Positions 25,205 to 33,567 of a stretch of DNA of 38,021 bases are shown here, piece after piece. The DNA is from Candidatus Woesearchaeota archaeon (GTDB lineage: Archaea > Nanobdellota > Nanobdellia > Woesearchaeales > BM511). Location: contig JAAOYE010000018.1 in NCBI GenBank assembly GCA_018221175.1, forward strand, positions 1 through 38,021, read 5' to 3'. The notes below the pieces were generated by a model. That model worked only from the letters and a program-made list of their open reading frames with translations, made no database searches and was not told the origin of the DNA. Numbering within the stretch: position 1 is the first letter of the stretch; every line of letters begins with the position of its first letter. The position numbers and the translations under genes are program-made.

Positions 25205-25386
25205 TCATAATAATTTTTTAAAGATTTATCAATTATGATTTCTGGATGTTTATCAATCTTTTCATAAGAATTTTCATGAGGGATAACAGGTCTTAAACCA
25301 TTCATAATGTCAAATCCGTGGCGACTAGTTAGAAAAGCAGATAGAGGGATTAATATGGGGGCAACGAACCTGTAAGTTTTTTTCAT
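25198..25386 (-). CDS. small hypothetical protein with one N-terminal hydrophobic helix
   Basis: 62-aa ORF. A minus-strand GGTGGGAG SD-like element lies about 10 nt before the ATG, with TATA-like AAGTATAAAATA further upstream. No family was recognised. Confidence 0.35.
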   Translation of the reverse strand: MKKTYRFVAPILIPLSAFLTSRHGFDIMNGLRPVIPHENSYEKIDKHPEIIIDKSLKNYYDQ

Positions 25387-25527
25387 TTCTTATTTCTCCC
25401 ACCCCTCTCTTTAATCATGTTCAGCTATTTTATACTTAAATCTTTATATGTTAAATAGCGCCCACGTTAAACATCAGCTTTAAATATTCAACACACATTA
25501 TTCTACGAGTTCGAGGAGGTGCCATAG

Positions 25528-26088
25528 GTGAAAAAACACGTTTTAACGATTATTCTTGCTTTAACTTCAATATTTCTAATTTCATGCACACAGCCTGTCA
25601 CATTGGAACATATTACAGTAAAAGGCTTAGAACAGTTAGACACTAATCTTTCAGGGCTTAACTGGAAAAATATTCCATTAAGAAATGTGAATACAGGCGA
25701 GGTCTTTAGGATTTCAGACTTCAAAGGAAAACCTGTTTTAGTCGAAACATTTGCAGTATGGTGTCCTACATGCACAAAACAGCAGGGAAAAATAAAAGAG
25801 TTACACGAAGAAGTTGGCGATGAAATCATCTCAGTCTCGCTTGATACAGACCCTTCAGAGGATGAAGCTAAAGTTTTAGAGCACACAACAAGAAATGGGT
25901 TTGACTGGTACTATGCGGTTTCCCCAAAAGAGCTAACACAACAGCTGGTGGATGAATTTGGAATTCAGGTAGTAAATGCACCTTCAACACCAATACTGCT
26001 TATTTGCGAGGACCAAAGCACTAGACTTCTAAGATTCGGAGTCAAAAACGCTGACGAACTTTTAGAAGAGGTTGAAAAAGGTTGTTAA
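25528..26088 (+). CDS. TlpA/ResA-like thiol-disulfide oxidoreductase lipoprotein (thioredoxin fold)
   Basis: GTG start preceded by GAGGAGGTG. Signal peptide with lipobox (IFLISC) and a WCPTC active site after GKPVLVETFA. 186 aa. Confidence 0.85.
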   Translation: MKKHVLTIILALTSIFLISCTQPVTLEHITVKGLEQLDTNLSGLNWKNIPLRNVNTGEVFRISDFKGKPVLVETFAVWCPTCTKQQGKIKELHEEVGDEIISVSLDTDPSEDEAKVLEHTTRNGFDWYYAVSPKELTQQLVDEFGIQVVNAPSTPILLICEDQSTRLLRFGVKNADELLEEVEKGC

Positions 26089-26089
26089 G

Positions 26090-26764
26090 ATGACAATAGG
26101 AGAACTCGCGTTATCATTTGGCCTTGGTATTGCTGCAAACCTAAATCCTTGCGTACTGCCGCTATACCCCGGGTATATCAGCTACATGGCAAGCAAGCCA
26201 GGAATAAAAAATAAATTATTATTCACACGACTCTCAGGACTTTTAGTTCTCGCTGGAGTCCTGATATTTATGCTTTTAGTTGCAGGAATCATCGCTGCTA
26301 TTGGCGGTTCTATAAACAATTTTGTAGAAAATGTTTCTCCATGGGCATTCGGGGTTCTTATAATCCTTGGTTTCATATTGCTTTTTAACGTAGATATAGG
26401 TAAATATTTCCAAACGCCAAAAACACCGCTTGGGAAAAACCCATACTTGTCAACTTTGATATTTGGTTTTTTTTACGGGCCTATAGTAATCCCTTGCAAT
26501 GCACCATTAGTTTTCGCAGTTTTTGCCTTTGGTACTAGCGTAGGCGGATTTTTGAATTTATTCATAATATTTTTAGCGTTTGGTCTTGGCCTCGGAGTAC
26601 CGCTTTTAGCACTCTCATTAATATCTGCGGCAAAAGGACAGTTGCTGATACAAAAAACAGTGAAGTACCATACACCCATAAATAGGGTTGCAGGTGCATT
26701 ATTAATACTGCTGGGGCTTTACGAGTTAATATTTGTTTTTAGAATATTTGGGGGATATACATGA
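26090..26764 (+). CDS. ccdA: CcdA/DsbD-family transmembrane thiol-disulfide electron transporter
   Basis: Polytopic membrane protein with the two conserved Pro-Cys motifs (NLNPCVLPLYPGY and IVIPCNAPLVF). The ATG at 26090 lies 1 nt after the upstream stop. Confidence 0.85.
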   Translation: MTIGELALSFGLGIAANLNPCVLPLYPGYISYMASKPGIKNKLLFTRLSGLLVLAGVLIFMLLVAGIIAAIGGSINNFVENVSPWAFGVLIILGFILLFNVDIGKYFQTPKTPLGKNPYLSTLIFGFFYGPIVIPCNAPLVFAVFAFGTSVGGFLNLFIIFLAFGLGLGVPLLALSLISAAKGQLLIQKTVKYHTPINRVAGALLILLGLYELIFVFRIFGGYT

Positions 26765-27744
26765 AAAAAATGTTTGCATTATTAATATTATTAGGATTGA
26801 TATTCCTAGTAGGCTGTTCACAAAAATCAGGCATGCAAAGACTGCCAGAACTTGATGAAATTGAAGATGAAATGGGAATAAAAGTAACAGACAGAGGTGT
26901 GAAATACATTGTAGACCCAGAAAAAATAATAGGGGGAGGGCCTCCAAAAGATGGAATCCCTTCCATTGACGAACCAAAGTTTGTGACAGTAAAGGAAGCT
27001 GACAAGTCTATCGAGGACAACGAGCTTGTGCTGGCAATAATCTACAAGAATGTCACAAGAGTATATCCTTTGCAGATAATGGTATGGCATGAGATAGTAA
27101 ATGATTTTATCGCAGGTGATCCAATACTAATTACATACTGTCCGCTTTGCGGCTCTGGAATCGCGTATGAACGTGTTATTAATGGGGAGACAGTAGAGTT
27201 TGGAACTTCAGGAAAACTTTACAACTCAAATCTTGTCATGTATGACAGGAAGACAAATTCTTATTGGAGCCAGATTGATGGTAAAGCAATAGTGGGAGAG
27301 CTTACCGGGATGGAACTTAAAGAAATATCTATAGACACAGTTGTTTGGCGAGACTGGAAAGCTGCGCATCCAGATTCAGAAGTACTTAGTAAAAAAACAG
27401 GTTTTGTAAGACCTTATGGAAAAGATCCCTATGGAAACTATTATGAAGACAGCTTTGTATTATTTCCTGTTGAAAAAGAAGACGACAGGGTGCACCCCAA
27501 AACGGTGGTGTTTGGTATAGAAGTTGACGATGTGTTCAAAGCATACAAAGAAGACGACCTTATAGAAGCTGGCCAGATCGAAGACGAGGTCAATGGCGTA
27601 AAGATTAAAGTAATTAGGGATGAGGCAGGGATAGTACAGATCACAAACAAAGATACAGGTGCAGAAATAGTCAAAGAGCGTGGCTTCTGGTTTGCTTGGT
27701 ACGCATTCCATCCTGATACAGGGTTATATGAAAAAGGTGAATAA
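26761..27744 (+). CDS. DUF3179-family lipoprotein
   Basis: Lipobox (FLVGC), DGIPSIDEPKFV, YPLQIMVWHEIVNDFIAGDPILITYCPLCGSGIAYER and FGTSGKLYNSNLVMYDRKTNSYWSQ match the DUF3179 pattern as I recall it. It shares an ATGA overlap with ccdA. Confidence 0.75.
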   Translation: MKKMFALLILLGLIFLVGCSQKSGMQRLPELDEIEDEMGIKVTDRGVKYIVDPEKIIGGGPPKDGIPSIDEPKFVTVKEADKSIEDNELVLAIIYKNVTRVYPLQIMVWHEIVNDFIAGDPILITYCPLCGSGIAYERVINGETVEFGTSGKLYNSNLVMYDRKTNSYWSQIDGKAIVGELTGMELKEISIDTVVWRDWKAAHPDSEVLSKKTGFVRPYGKDPYGNYYEDSFVLFPVEKEDDRVHPKTVVFGIEVDDVFKAYKEDDLIEAGQIEDEVNGVKIKVIRDEAGIVQITNKDTGAEIVKERGFWFAWYAFHPDTGLYEKGE

Positions 27745-27746
27745 GG

Positions 27747-28039
27747 ATGGCAAAGGCAATATTGGATAATAAAACATTGGCTGAATCTGATGATTTTGAA
27801 GTGGTTGAGGGAAATATTTATTTTCCACCAGGATCTGTCAAGACAGAGTATTTCAAAAAAAAAAAAATGATACACCATACACATGTCCTTGGAAAGGCAT
27901 TTCTCAATATTGGGACATAGAAGTCGATGGAAAAACAAACAAGGACGTTGCATGGTCTTATCCAGAACCAAAGCCTGCAGCAAAGAATATTGAAGGATAC
28001 TTTGCTTTTGATACAAGTAGAGTGCAAGTGAGAGAGTGA
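27747..28039 (+). pseudogene. DUF427-family gene interrupted by a frameshift in an A13 homopolymer
   Basis: Frame A (27747-27920) reads MAKAILDNKTLAESDDFEVVEGNIYFPPGSVKTEYFKKKK, then nonsense and a TAG stop. The frame from 27869 reads DTPYTCPWKGISQYWDIEVDGKTNKDVAWSYPEPKPAAKNIEGYFAFDTSRVQVRE, ending at TGA 28037-28039. One extra A would join them into a typical 97-aa DUF427 protein. Confidence 0.75.
27855..27867 (+). repeat. A13 homopolymer at the DUF427 frameshift point
   Basis: Counted directly: positions 27855-27867 are all A. Confidence 0.95.
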
Positions 28040-28048
28040 GGTGATACA

Positions 28049-28951
28049 ATGGAAATTGGATTTATTGGCCTTGGCAAAATGGGCGCAAACATGGTAAAAA
28101 GGATGTTAAAATCAAAGAAAATAAAAGTTGTTGTATGGAACCGTTCGCCAAAACCAGTTAAACAAGCTGTGAAAAACGGAGCAACCGGGGCAAAAAATGT
28201 TTCTGACTTGGTCTTGAAACTAAAATCTAAAAGAAAAGTTGTTTGGCTTATGCTTCCAGCAGGAAAAGTCACAGAAGACAAATTCCAGGAAGTTTTGGGG
28301 CTGCTTAATAAAAACGATGTCATAATTGATGGTGCAAACTCAAACTTTCACGACACACTAAGGCGCCACAAAGAAGCAAAGAAAAAAGGAATCAGCATGC
28401 TTGATGTCGGCGTGTCTGGAGGAATAATAGCGGCAAACAAAGGGTATCCTATGATGATAGGCGGCGAGGCTAGCGTATACAAATATGTAAAACCAATATT
28501 TGACAGCTTTGGCATAAAAGAAGGATACGATTTGGTTGGGCCAGGGGGAGCAGGACACTATGTAAAGATGATTCATAACGCCATCGAATATGGGATGATG
28601 CAGGCAATTAGTGAAGGAGTTGACCTTTTAGAAAATGGGAGAGTAAAAAACCTTGACCTTCAAAAAATCAGCCATATATGGAACAATGGCACAATAATCT
28701 CCTCGTTCTTGATGGAGATGACAGAAAACGCACTTAAAAAAAGTCCCAAACTAAATTATCTAAAACCTTATGTTGAAGACAGCGGCGAGGGAAAGTGGTC
28801 GGCAATTGAAGCAATGGAATTTGGCGTGCCTTTTGTTGTAAACACATACGCGCTTCACGCAAGATACCAATCACGCGACAAGAACAGCTTTGCATTTAGG
28901 ATGCTTGCTGCAATGAGAAATGAGTTTGGTGGACACGCGATAAAAAAGTAA
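28049..28951 (+). CDS. gnd: 6-phosphogluconate dehydrogenase (decarboxylating), short ~300-aa form
   Basis: IGFIGLGKMGANM Rossmann motif, DGANSNFHDTLRR, DVGVSGGIIAANKGYPMMIGG and GAGHYVKMIHNAIEYGMMQ. GAGGTGA SD at 28037-28043. Confidence 0.85.
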   Translation: MEIGFIGLGKMGANMVKRMLKSKKIKVVVWNRSPKPVKQAVKNGATGAKNVSDLVLKLKSKRKVVWLMLPAGKVTEDKFQEVLGLLNKNDVIIDGANSNFHDTLRRHKEAKKKGISMLDVGVSGGIIAANKGYPMMIGGEASVYKYVKPIFDSFGIKEGYDLVGPGGAGHYVKMIHNAIEYGMMQAISEGVDLLENGRVKNLDLQKISHIWNNGTIISSFLMEMTENALKKSPKLNYLKPYVEDSGEGKWSAIEAMEFGVPFVVNTYALHARYQSRDKNSFAFRMLAAMRNEFGGHAIKK

Positions 28952-28998
28952 AAATTTAAATAAAAGACTTAACAGAGAAACAGATTAGGGGGCTGATT

Positions 28999-29649
28999 TT
29001 GGAAAAGATGAGAAAAGAGATAATTCCATCAATAATTGCAAACTCACAGGAAGAGCTAAATGAATTAATTGACAGAGTAAAAGATTTTGCAAAAACAATC
29101 CAACTTGATGTGATGGACGGGCAGTTTGTCCAAAACACATCATTTCAGTTTGACTTCACACTGCCAGAGCACAGCTGCCATGTCGAAGCACACCTCATGA
29201 TAAAAGACCCGATTTCTTGGATACAAAAACATCACAATAAAATTGACACAATACTTGTACATATTGAAACCACGGATAATCCAAGCGAGATAATTGATAT
29301 GGTAAAAGGGCTCGGGAAAAGAATAGGGTTTGCCTTAAACCCAAAAATACCTGTTGGTGATGTAAAACATTATCTTGAAAAGATAGATGAAGTGCTTGTG
29401 ATGACTGTAAATCCCGGCTTTTATGGAAGCGAGTTTTTGCCAGAGGCATTAGACAAAGTAGAAGAATTTAGAAAGCTTGCAAACTGGGTAGATATAGAAG
29501 TTGATGGAGGAATAACAGACCAAACAATTATGCAGGCACACAACGCAGGTGCAAACTTGTTCATTTCAGGTTCATACATTGTAAAGTCAGACAACCCAAA
29601 GAAAGCTTATGAAAATCTTGTAAAAATTCTGGAGGAAAATCAACAATGA
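28999..29649 (+). CDS. rpe: ribulose-phosphate 3-epimerase
   Basis: IIPSIIA, QLDVMDGQFVQN, HLMIKDP, VLVMTVNPGFYGSEF, EVDGGI and FISGSYI. The start is either the TTG at 28999 (6 nt after AGGGGG) or the ATG at 29008. Confidence 0.88.
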   Translation: MEKMRKEIIPSIIANSQEELNELIDRVKDFAKTIQLDVMDGQFVQNTSFQFDFTLPEHSCHVEAHLMIKDPISWIQKHHNKIDTILVHIETTDNPSEIIDMVKGLGKRIGFALNPKIPVGDVKHYLEKIDEVLVMTVNPGFYGSEFLPEALDKVEEFRKLANWVDIEVDGGITDQTIMQAHNAGANLFISGSYIVKSDNPKKAYENLVKILEENQQ

Positions 29650-31412
29650 CAGGCCCACAAAAACTAAAACAGATGGCAGACAAACTAAGAGTACATTCAC
29701 TAAAGATGACAACAAAAGCAGGCTCTGGCCATCCGACAACCTGCATGTCGATGGCAGAAATCACATCGGTCCTGTTTTTTTCTGAAATGAAAAAAGGAGA
29801 CGAATTCGTGCTATCAAAAGGGCACGCAGCGCCAATACTCTGGGCAGCGTACGCCGAAGCTGGTCTGATACCTGTTTCAAGACTTACAAGCCTTAGAAAA
29901 ATAACATCAAATCTTGAAGGACACCCAACACCAAGAATGCCTCTTGTAAAAATCGCAACAGGCTCGCTAGGACAAGGACTTTCTGCAGGCGTAGGAATGG
30001 CACTAGGATTTAAGCTTAAGAAAAATAAAAACAGGGTTTTTGTTGTGCTTGGTGATGGAGAAGTAGCTGAAGGTTCAGTGTGGGAAGCTGCAAATAGTGC
30101 ATCATACAATAAACTAAATAATTTAATTGCAATTATTGATGTGAATAGACTTGGGCAGTCACAGCCAACAATGTTTGGGCACAAAACAAAAGAGTATGTT
30201 AAAAGATTCTCAGCTTTTGGGTGGAATACGATACGGGTTAACGGTCACAGTGTAAGATATCTATTAAAAGCTTTTGAAAAAGCAAAGAAAAGCAAAAAAC
30301 CAGTTGCAATAATTGCAAAGACCTACAAAGGAAAAGGAGTTTCATTTATTCAAAACAAAGAGGGATGGCATGGGAAGCCTCTTTCTTCTGAGGATCTTAA
30401 AAAAGCGCTTAAGAAGCTTGGAGACCCGCAGGTAAAACTAAAGTCTGGATTCTCTGTTGAAAAGTCAAAGACAAGCATTAAGTCTGCAAAGAAGACCAAA
30501 TATGAGATAGGGAAAAAAGTTGCTACAAGGCAGGCTTTTGGAAACGCTCTTTTAAATATTGGGAAGGCAAATAGGAATGTTGTTGCTGTTGATGGCGACA
30601 CAAAAAATTCGACTATGAGCCAGGACTTTTTCAATAAGTATCCAGAAAGAAGCTTTGAGGCATTTATTGCAGAGCAAAACATGGTTGGAATCGCAGCAGG
30701 CCTCTCAGCAGTCGGATTTGTGCCTTTTGCTTCTACTTTTGGAGCATTTTTCACAAGGGCGCATGATCAGATAAGAATGGCTGCATATTCACAATCGAAC
30801 ATTAAGTTAATTGGGTCACACGGCGGAGTAAGCATCGGTGAGGATGGCCCCTCCCAGATGGGTCTTGAAGACCTTCCAATGTTCTTGTCGATTCCAAACG
30901 CAGTTGTTTTGTACCCAAGCGACGCAGTCTCTACAGAAGCACTTGTCGAGAGTATGGCAAAGTACAATGGAATAGCTTATATGAAGACAACAAGAGGGAA
31001 GATGCCTACAATTTACAAGTCAACAGAAAAATTCTCTCTAGGCGAATTTAAGGTGATAAAGAAAAGCAAATCAGACAAAGTATTAGTTATCGCGGCAGGA
31101 GTAACTCTTTTTGAAGCCCTTGATGCATATGAAAAGCTAAAGAAAAAAGGGATTAATATAAGGGTTGTAGATTTATACTCTTTGCAGCCGCTAAATGAAA
31201 AAGAGCTTATAAAAGAAGCAAAAGAATGTGGACACAACGTGCTTGTAGTTGAAGACAACTACTTTGGAAGCATCGGGAGTGTTGTATCAAATGCTGTTGG
31301 CAAGATTAATCATTTGTATGTAAAGGAGATGCCGCGTTCAGGGCATCCAGACGAACTTTTAAAAAAATACGGCATTGATTCAAGTGCGATAATCAAGGGG
31401 GTGTTACGATGA
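29646..31412 (+). CDS. tkt: transketolase, short single-chain form (N- and C-terminal halves fused)
   Basis: 588 aa with GSGHPTTCMSMAEITSVLFF, GSLGQGLSAGVGMA and GDGEVAEGSVWEA (ThDP motif), then a Pyr domain (EQNMVGIAAGL, GEDGPSQMGLEDL) and a C-terminal domain. It shares an ATGA overlap with rpe. Confidence 0.92.
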   Translation: MTGPQKLKQMADKLRVHSLKMTTKAGSGHPTTCMSMAEITSVLFFSEMKKGDEFVLSKGHAAPILWAAYAEAGLIPVSRLTSLRKITSNLEGHPTPRMPLVKIATGSLGQGLSAGVGMALGFKLKKNKNRVFVVLGDGEVAEGSVWEAANSASYNKLNNLIAIIDVNRLGQSQPTMFGHKTKEYVKRFSAFGWNTIRVNGHSVRYLLKAFEKAKKSKKPVAIIAKTYKGKGVSFIQNKEGWHGKPLSSEDLKKALKKLGDPQVKLKSGFSVEKSKTSIKSAKKTKYEIGKKVATRQAFGNALLNIGKANRNVVAVDGDTKNSTMSQDFFNKYPERSFEAFIAEQNMVGIAAGLSAVGFVPFASTFGAFFTRAHDQIRMAAYSQSNIKLIGSHGGVSIGEDGPSQMGLEDLPMFLSIPNAVVLYPSDAVSTEALVESMAKYNGIAYMKTTRGKMPTIYKSTEKFSLGEFKVIKKSKSDKVLVIAAGVTLFEALDAYEKLKKKGINIRVVDLYSLQPLNEKELIKEAKECGHNVLVVEDNYFGSIGSVVSNAVGKINHLYVKEMPRSGHPDELLKKYGIDSSAIIKGVLR

Positions 31413-32224
31413 AAATATTCATAGATTCAGCAGATTTAGACGAAATAAAGCAGGCATTTGAGTGGGGAGTGGCAGACGGCGTCACAACAAATCCATCTCT
31501 TTTAAAAAAAGCTGTTGAAAAAAGAAAAGAAAAAGGAGAAAAAGTTGACATTAAATCATACCTCGCTGAGATATTGAAAGTCGCCAAAGGGACACCGGTC
31601 TCACTTGAGGTCACAAAGACTGATGCAAAAGGAATGGCAGAGCAAGGCAGAAAGCTGTTTAAAATGTTTAACCCTGTTGCAAACAATGTCTACATCAAGA
31701 TACCAGTAAATCCAGCATTTAAAGAGGATGACAAAACTCATTTTGATGGGATTGAAGCGATTAGAGAGCTTTCAAAAGAAAAAATACCAGTAAACTGCAC
31801 TTTGATATTTACACCAGAACAAGCACTATTAGCTGCAAAAGCAGGCGCAAAGTTCTTGTCGCCGTTTGCCGGAAGAATCGACGATCTTATAAGAACAAAC
31901 GCTGGCGGCAAATTTGATAAGACAGAGTATTATCCGATGGAAGGCAAAGAAGAGAAGGGGGATACGTTAGGAGACAACGGAGTGGTCTCAGGAATCGACC
32001 TTGTACGTCAATGCGTACAGATAATAGAACAGTACAGATTCGAATCAGAGGTGCTCGCAGCGTCTCTTAGAAATCCAAGACAGGTAAGAGAATCAGCGCT
32101 TGTTGGAGCGCACATCGCAACATTGCCATTTGAAGTGATTAAAGACATGCTAAAGCATCCCAAAACTTATGAAGGGATGGATTCTTTCACAAAGGACATT
32201 GTTCCTGAATATGAAGAGCTATGA
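31409..32224 (+). CDS. tal: transaldolase / fructose-6-phosphate aldolase family (small subfamily, with insertions)
   Basis: MKIFIDSADLDEIKQAFEWGVADGVTTNPSLL, the Schiff-base Lys context YIKIP, CTLIF and SPFAGRIDD. 271 aa. It shares an ATGA overlap with tkt. Confidence 0.88.
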   Translation: MKIFIDSADLDEIKQAFEWGVADGVTTNPSLLKKAVEKRKEKGEKVDIKSYLAEILKVAKGTPVSLEVTKTDAKGMAEQGRKLFKMFNPVANNVYIKIPVNPAFKEDDKTHFDGIEAIRELSKEKIPVNCTLIFTPEQALLAAKAGAKFLSPFAGRIDDLIRTNAGGKFDKTEYYPMEGKEEKGDTLGDNGVVSGIDLVRQCVQIIEQYRFESEVLAASLRNPRQVRESALVGAHIATLPFEVIKDMLKHPKTYEGMDSFTKDIVPEYEEL

Positions 32225-32925
32225 CTCGAATAATATACAACGCCAATCTAAAAGATGATTGGAAGAATGCAGGGAAGATAGTTACGCAAGCAATAAAAAG
32301 ATATTCTAAATCAAAAAAAGAAGTTGTGCTGGGAATAGTCGGGGGAAGAAGTGTTCCTGGAATCTTTGCGTTTTTAAGCAGGCAAAAAGATATTCCATGG
32401 AAAAAAGTCCATATTTTCATGGTTGATGAAAGAATCGTGCCAATTAACCACAAAAACAGCAATTTTAAGCTTGCAAAAGAAACATTCTTGGACGAACTTA
32501 TCGAGGAGGGCGTGCTTTCAAAGGAAAACTTGCATCCTTTTATCATGGACGGGAAAGAAAAAGATTATGGGATTTCTAAATATGCTAATCAGCTAAAAAA
32601 ACATGGCGGCAAATTTGATATTGTTATACTTTCATCAGGCGAAGATGGCCATGTCGGCGCACTTTACCCAAACCACTCTTCAATTAAAAGCAGCTCAGAG
32701 TTTTTTGTTGTAATGGAAGACTCTCCAAAACCGCCGGCAAAAAGAATGACAGCTTCTAGAAAATTACTTGAAAAATCAAAAACAGCAGTCATCTTATTTC
32801 TTGGAGAGGCTAAAAAAGACGCGCTTAAAAGATTTAGTGATAAAAAGCTTGACTTGGTCTCTTGCCCTGCAAAAATAGTTAACTACATAGATGAAGCGTA
32901 TGTGTTGACCGATATTAAATTATGA
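32221..32925 (+). CDS. pgl: 6-phosphogluconolactonase
   Basis: LGIVGGRSV, FMVDERIVP, ILSSGEDGHVGALYPNH and RMTASRKLL match the Pgl/NagB-fold pattern. It shares an ATGA overlap with tal. Confidence 0.82.
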   Translation: MTRIIYNANLKDDWKNAGKIVTQAIKRYSKSKKEVVLGIVGGRSVPGIFAFLSRQKDIPWKKVHIFMVDERIVPINHKNSNFKLAKETFLDELIEEGVLSKENLHPFIMDGKEKDYGISKYANQLKKHGGKFDIVILSSGEDGHVGALYPNHSSIKSSSEFFVVMEDSPKPPAKRMTASRKLLEKSKTAVILFLGEAKKDALKRFSDKKLDLVSCPAKIVNYIDEAYVLTDIKL

Positions 32926-32953
32926 GCACTCTTTAGTAAATAATAAATATAGT

Positions 32954-33484
32954 TTGAGAAAACCAGTTCTAATGAATGAAAGTATGAATGAGGGTGGGCT
33001 TGTTGCAAAGATAAATGGTTTTTATAAAGATAAAGCAGTTAAAGTTAAAGACAATATTATTGAAAAGAAAGATAATGCAATAACATTTTATAAAAAAAAC
33101 AAAAAATATATCCACAGCGACCTAGTGGGTGATGCTATAAGTTATTCTTTATTACCTGCGACTGCATGGGGATTAAATGAATTAGGTGTTGATGATCTTT
33201 CAAATGCGATTATAACTTTTGGAGTTAGAAGCATAGGATTTTATGCAGGTAAAGCTGCTTATTTTCAAAACCATCTTAAACAGATAAGTGTCTCAACATT
33301 AAAAGGGACAGCAGCAAAAGCAGCGGCCGAAATATCATTTCTTTATTTACTATATACTAAAACAAATATTCCTTATTATGCATCACCTTTTATCCCTGCA
33401 TTAATCATAGGAGTAGGCACTACTGTTTATAGATATAAGGTGGATATAAAAGCAGGAATTGTTCATTCATCTTCTAAAAGATAG
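32954..33484 (+). CDS. hypothetical protein with weakly hydrophobic segments
   Basis: 176-aa ORF between pgl and zwf. TTG start in the track; in-frame ATGs at 32972 and 32984 are alternatives. No motif was recognised. Confidence 0.4.
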   Translation: MRKPVLMNESMNEGGLVAKINGFYKDKAVKVKDNIIEKKDNAITFYKKNKKYIHSDLVGDAISYSLLPATAWGLNELGVDDLSNAIITFGVRSIGFYAGKAAYFQNHLKQISVSTLKGTAAKAAAEISFLYLLYTKTNIPYYASPFIPALIIGVGTTVYRYKVDIKAGIVHSSSKR

Positions 33485-33536
33485 ATTCTGCTGCAAAAAA
33501 CATTATTGAAACTTTTTAAACTTATTTAAACGATAA

Positions 33537-33544
33537 CTATAAAA
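33537..33544 (+). promoter_or_regulatory. TATA box (CTATAAAA) for zwf
   Basis: It lies 23 nt upstream of the zwf ATG at 33568, with no SD between them. Confidence 0.35.
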
Positions 33545-33567
33545 TAGGTTAATCCATTTCTCTTTTT

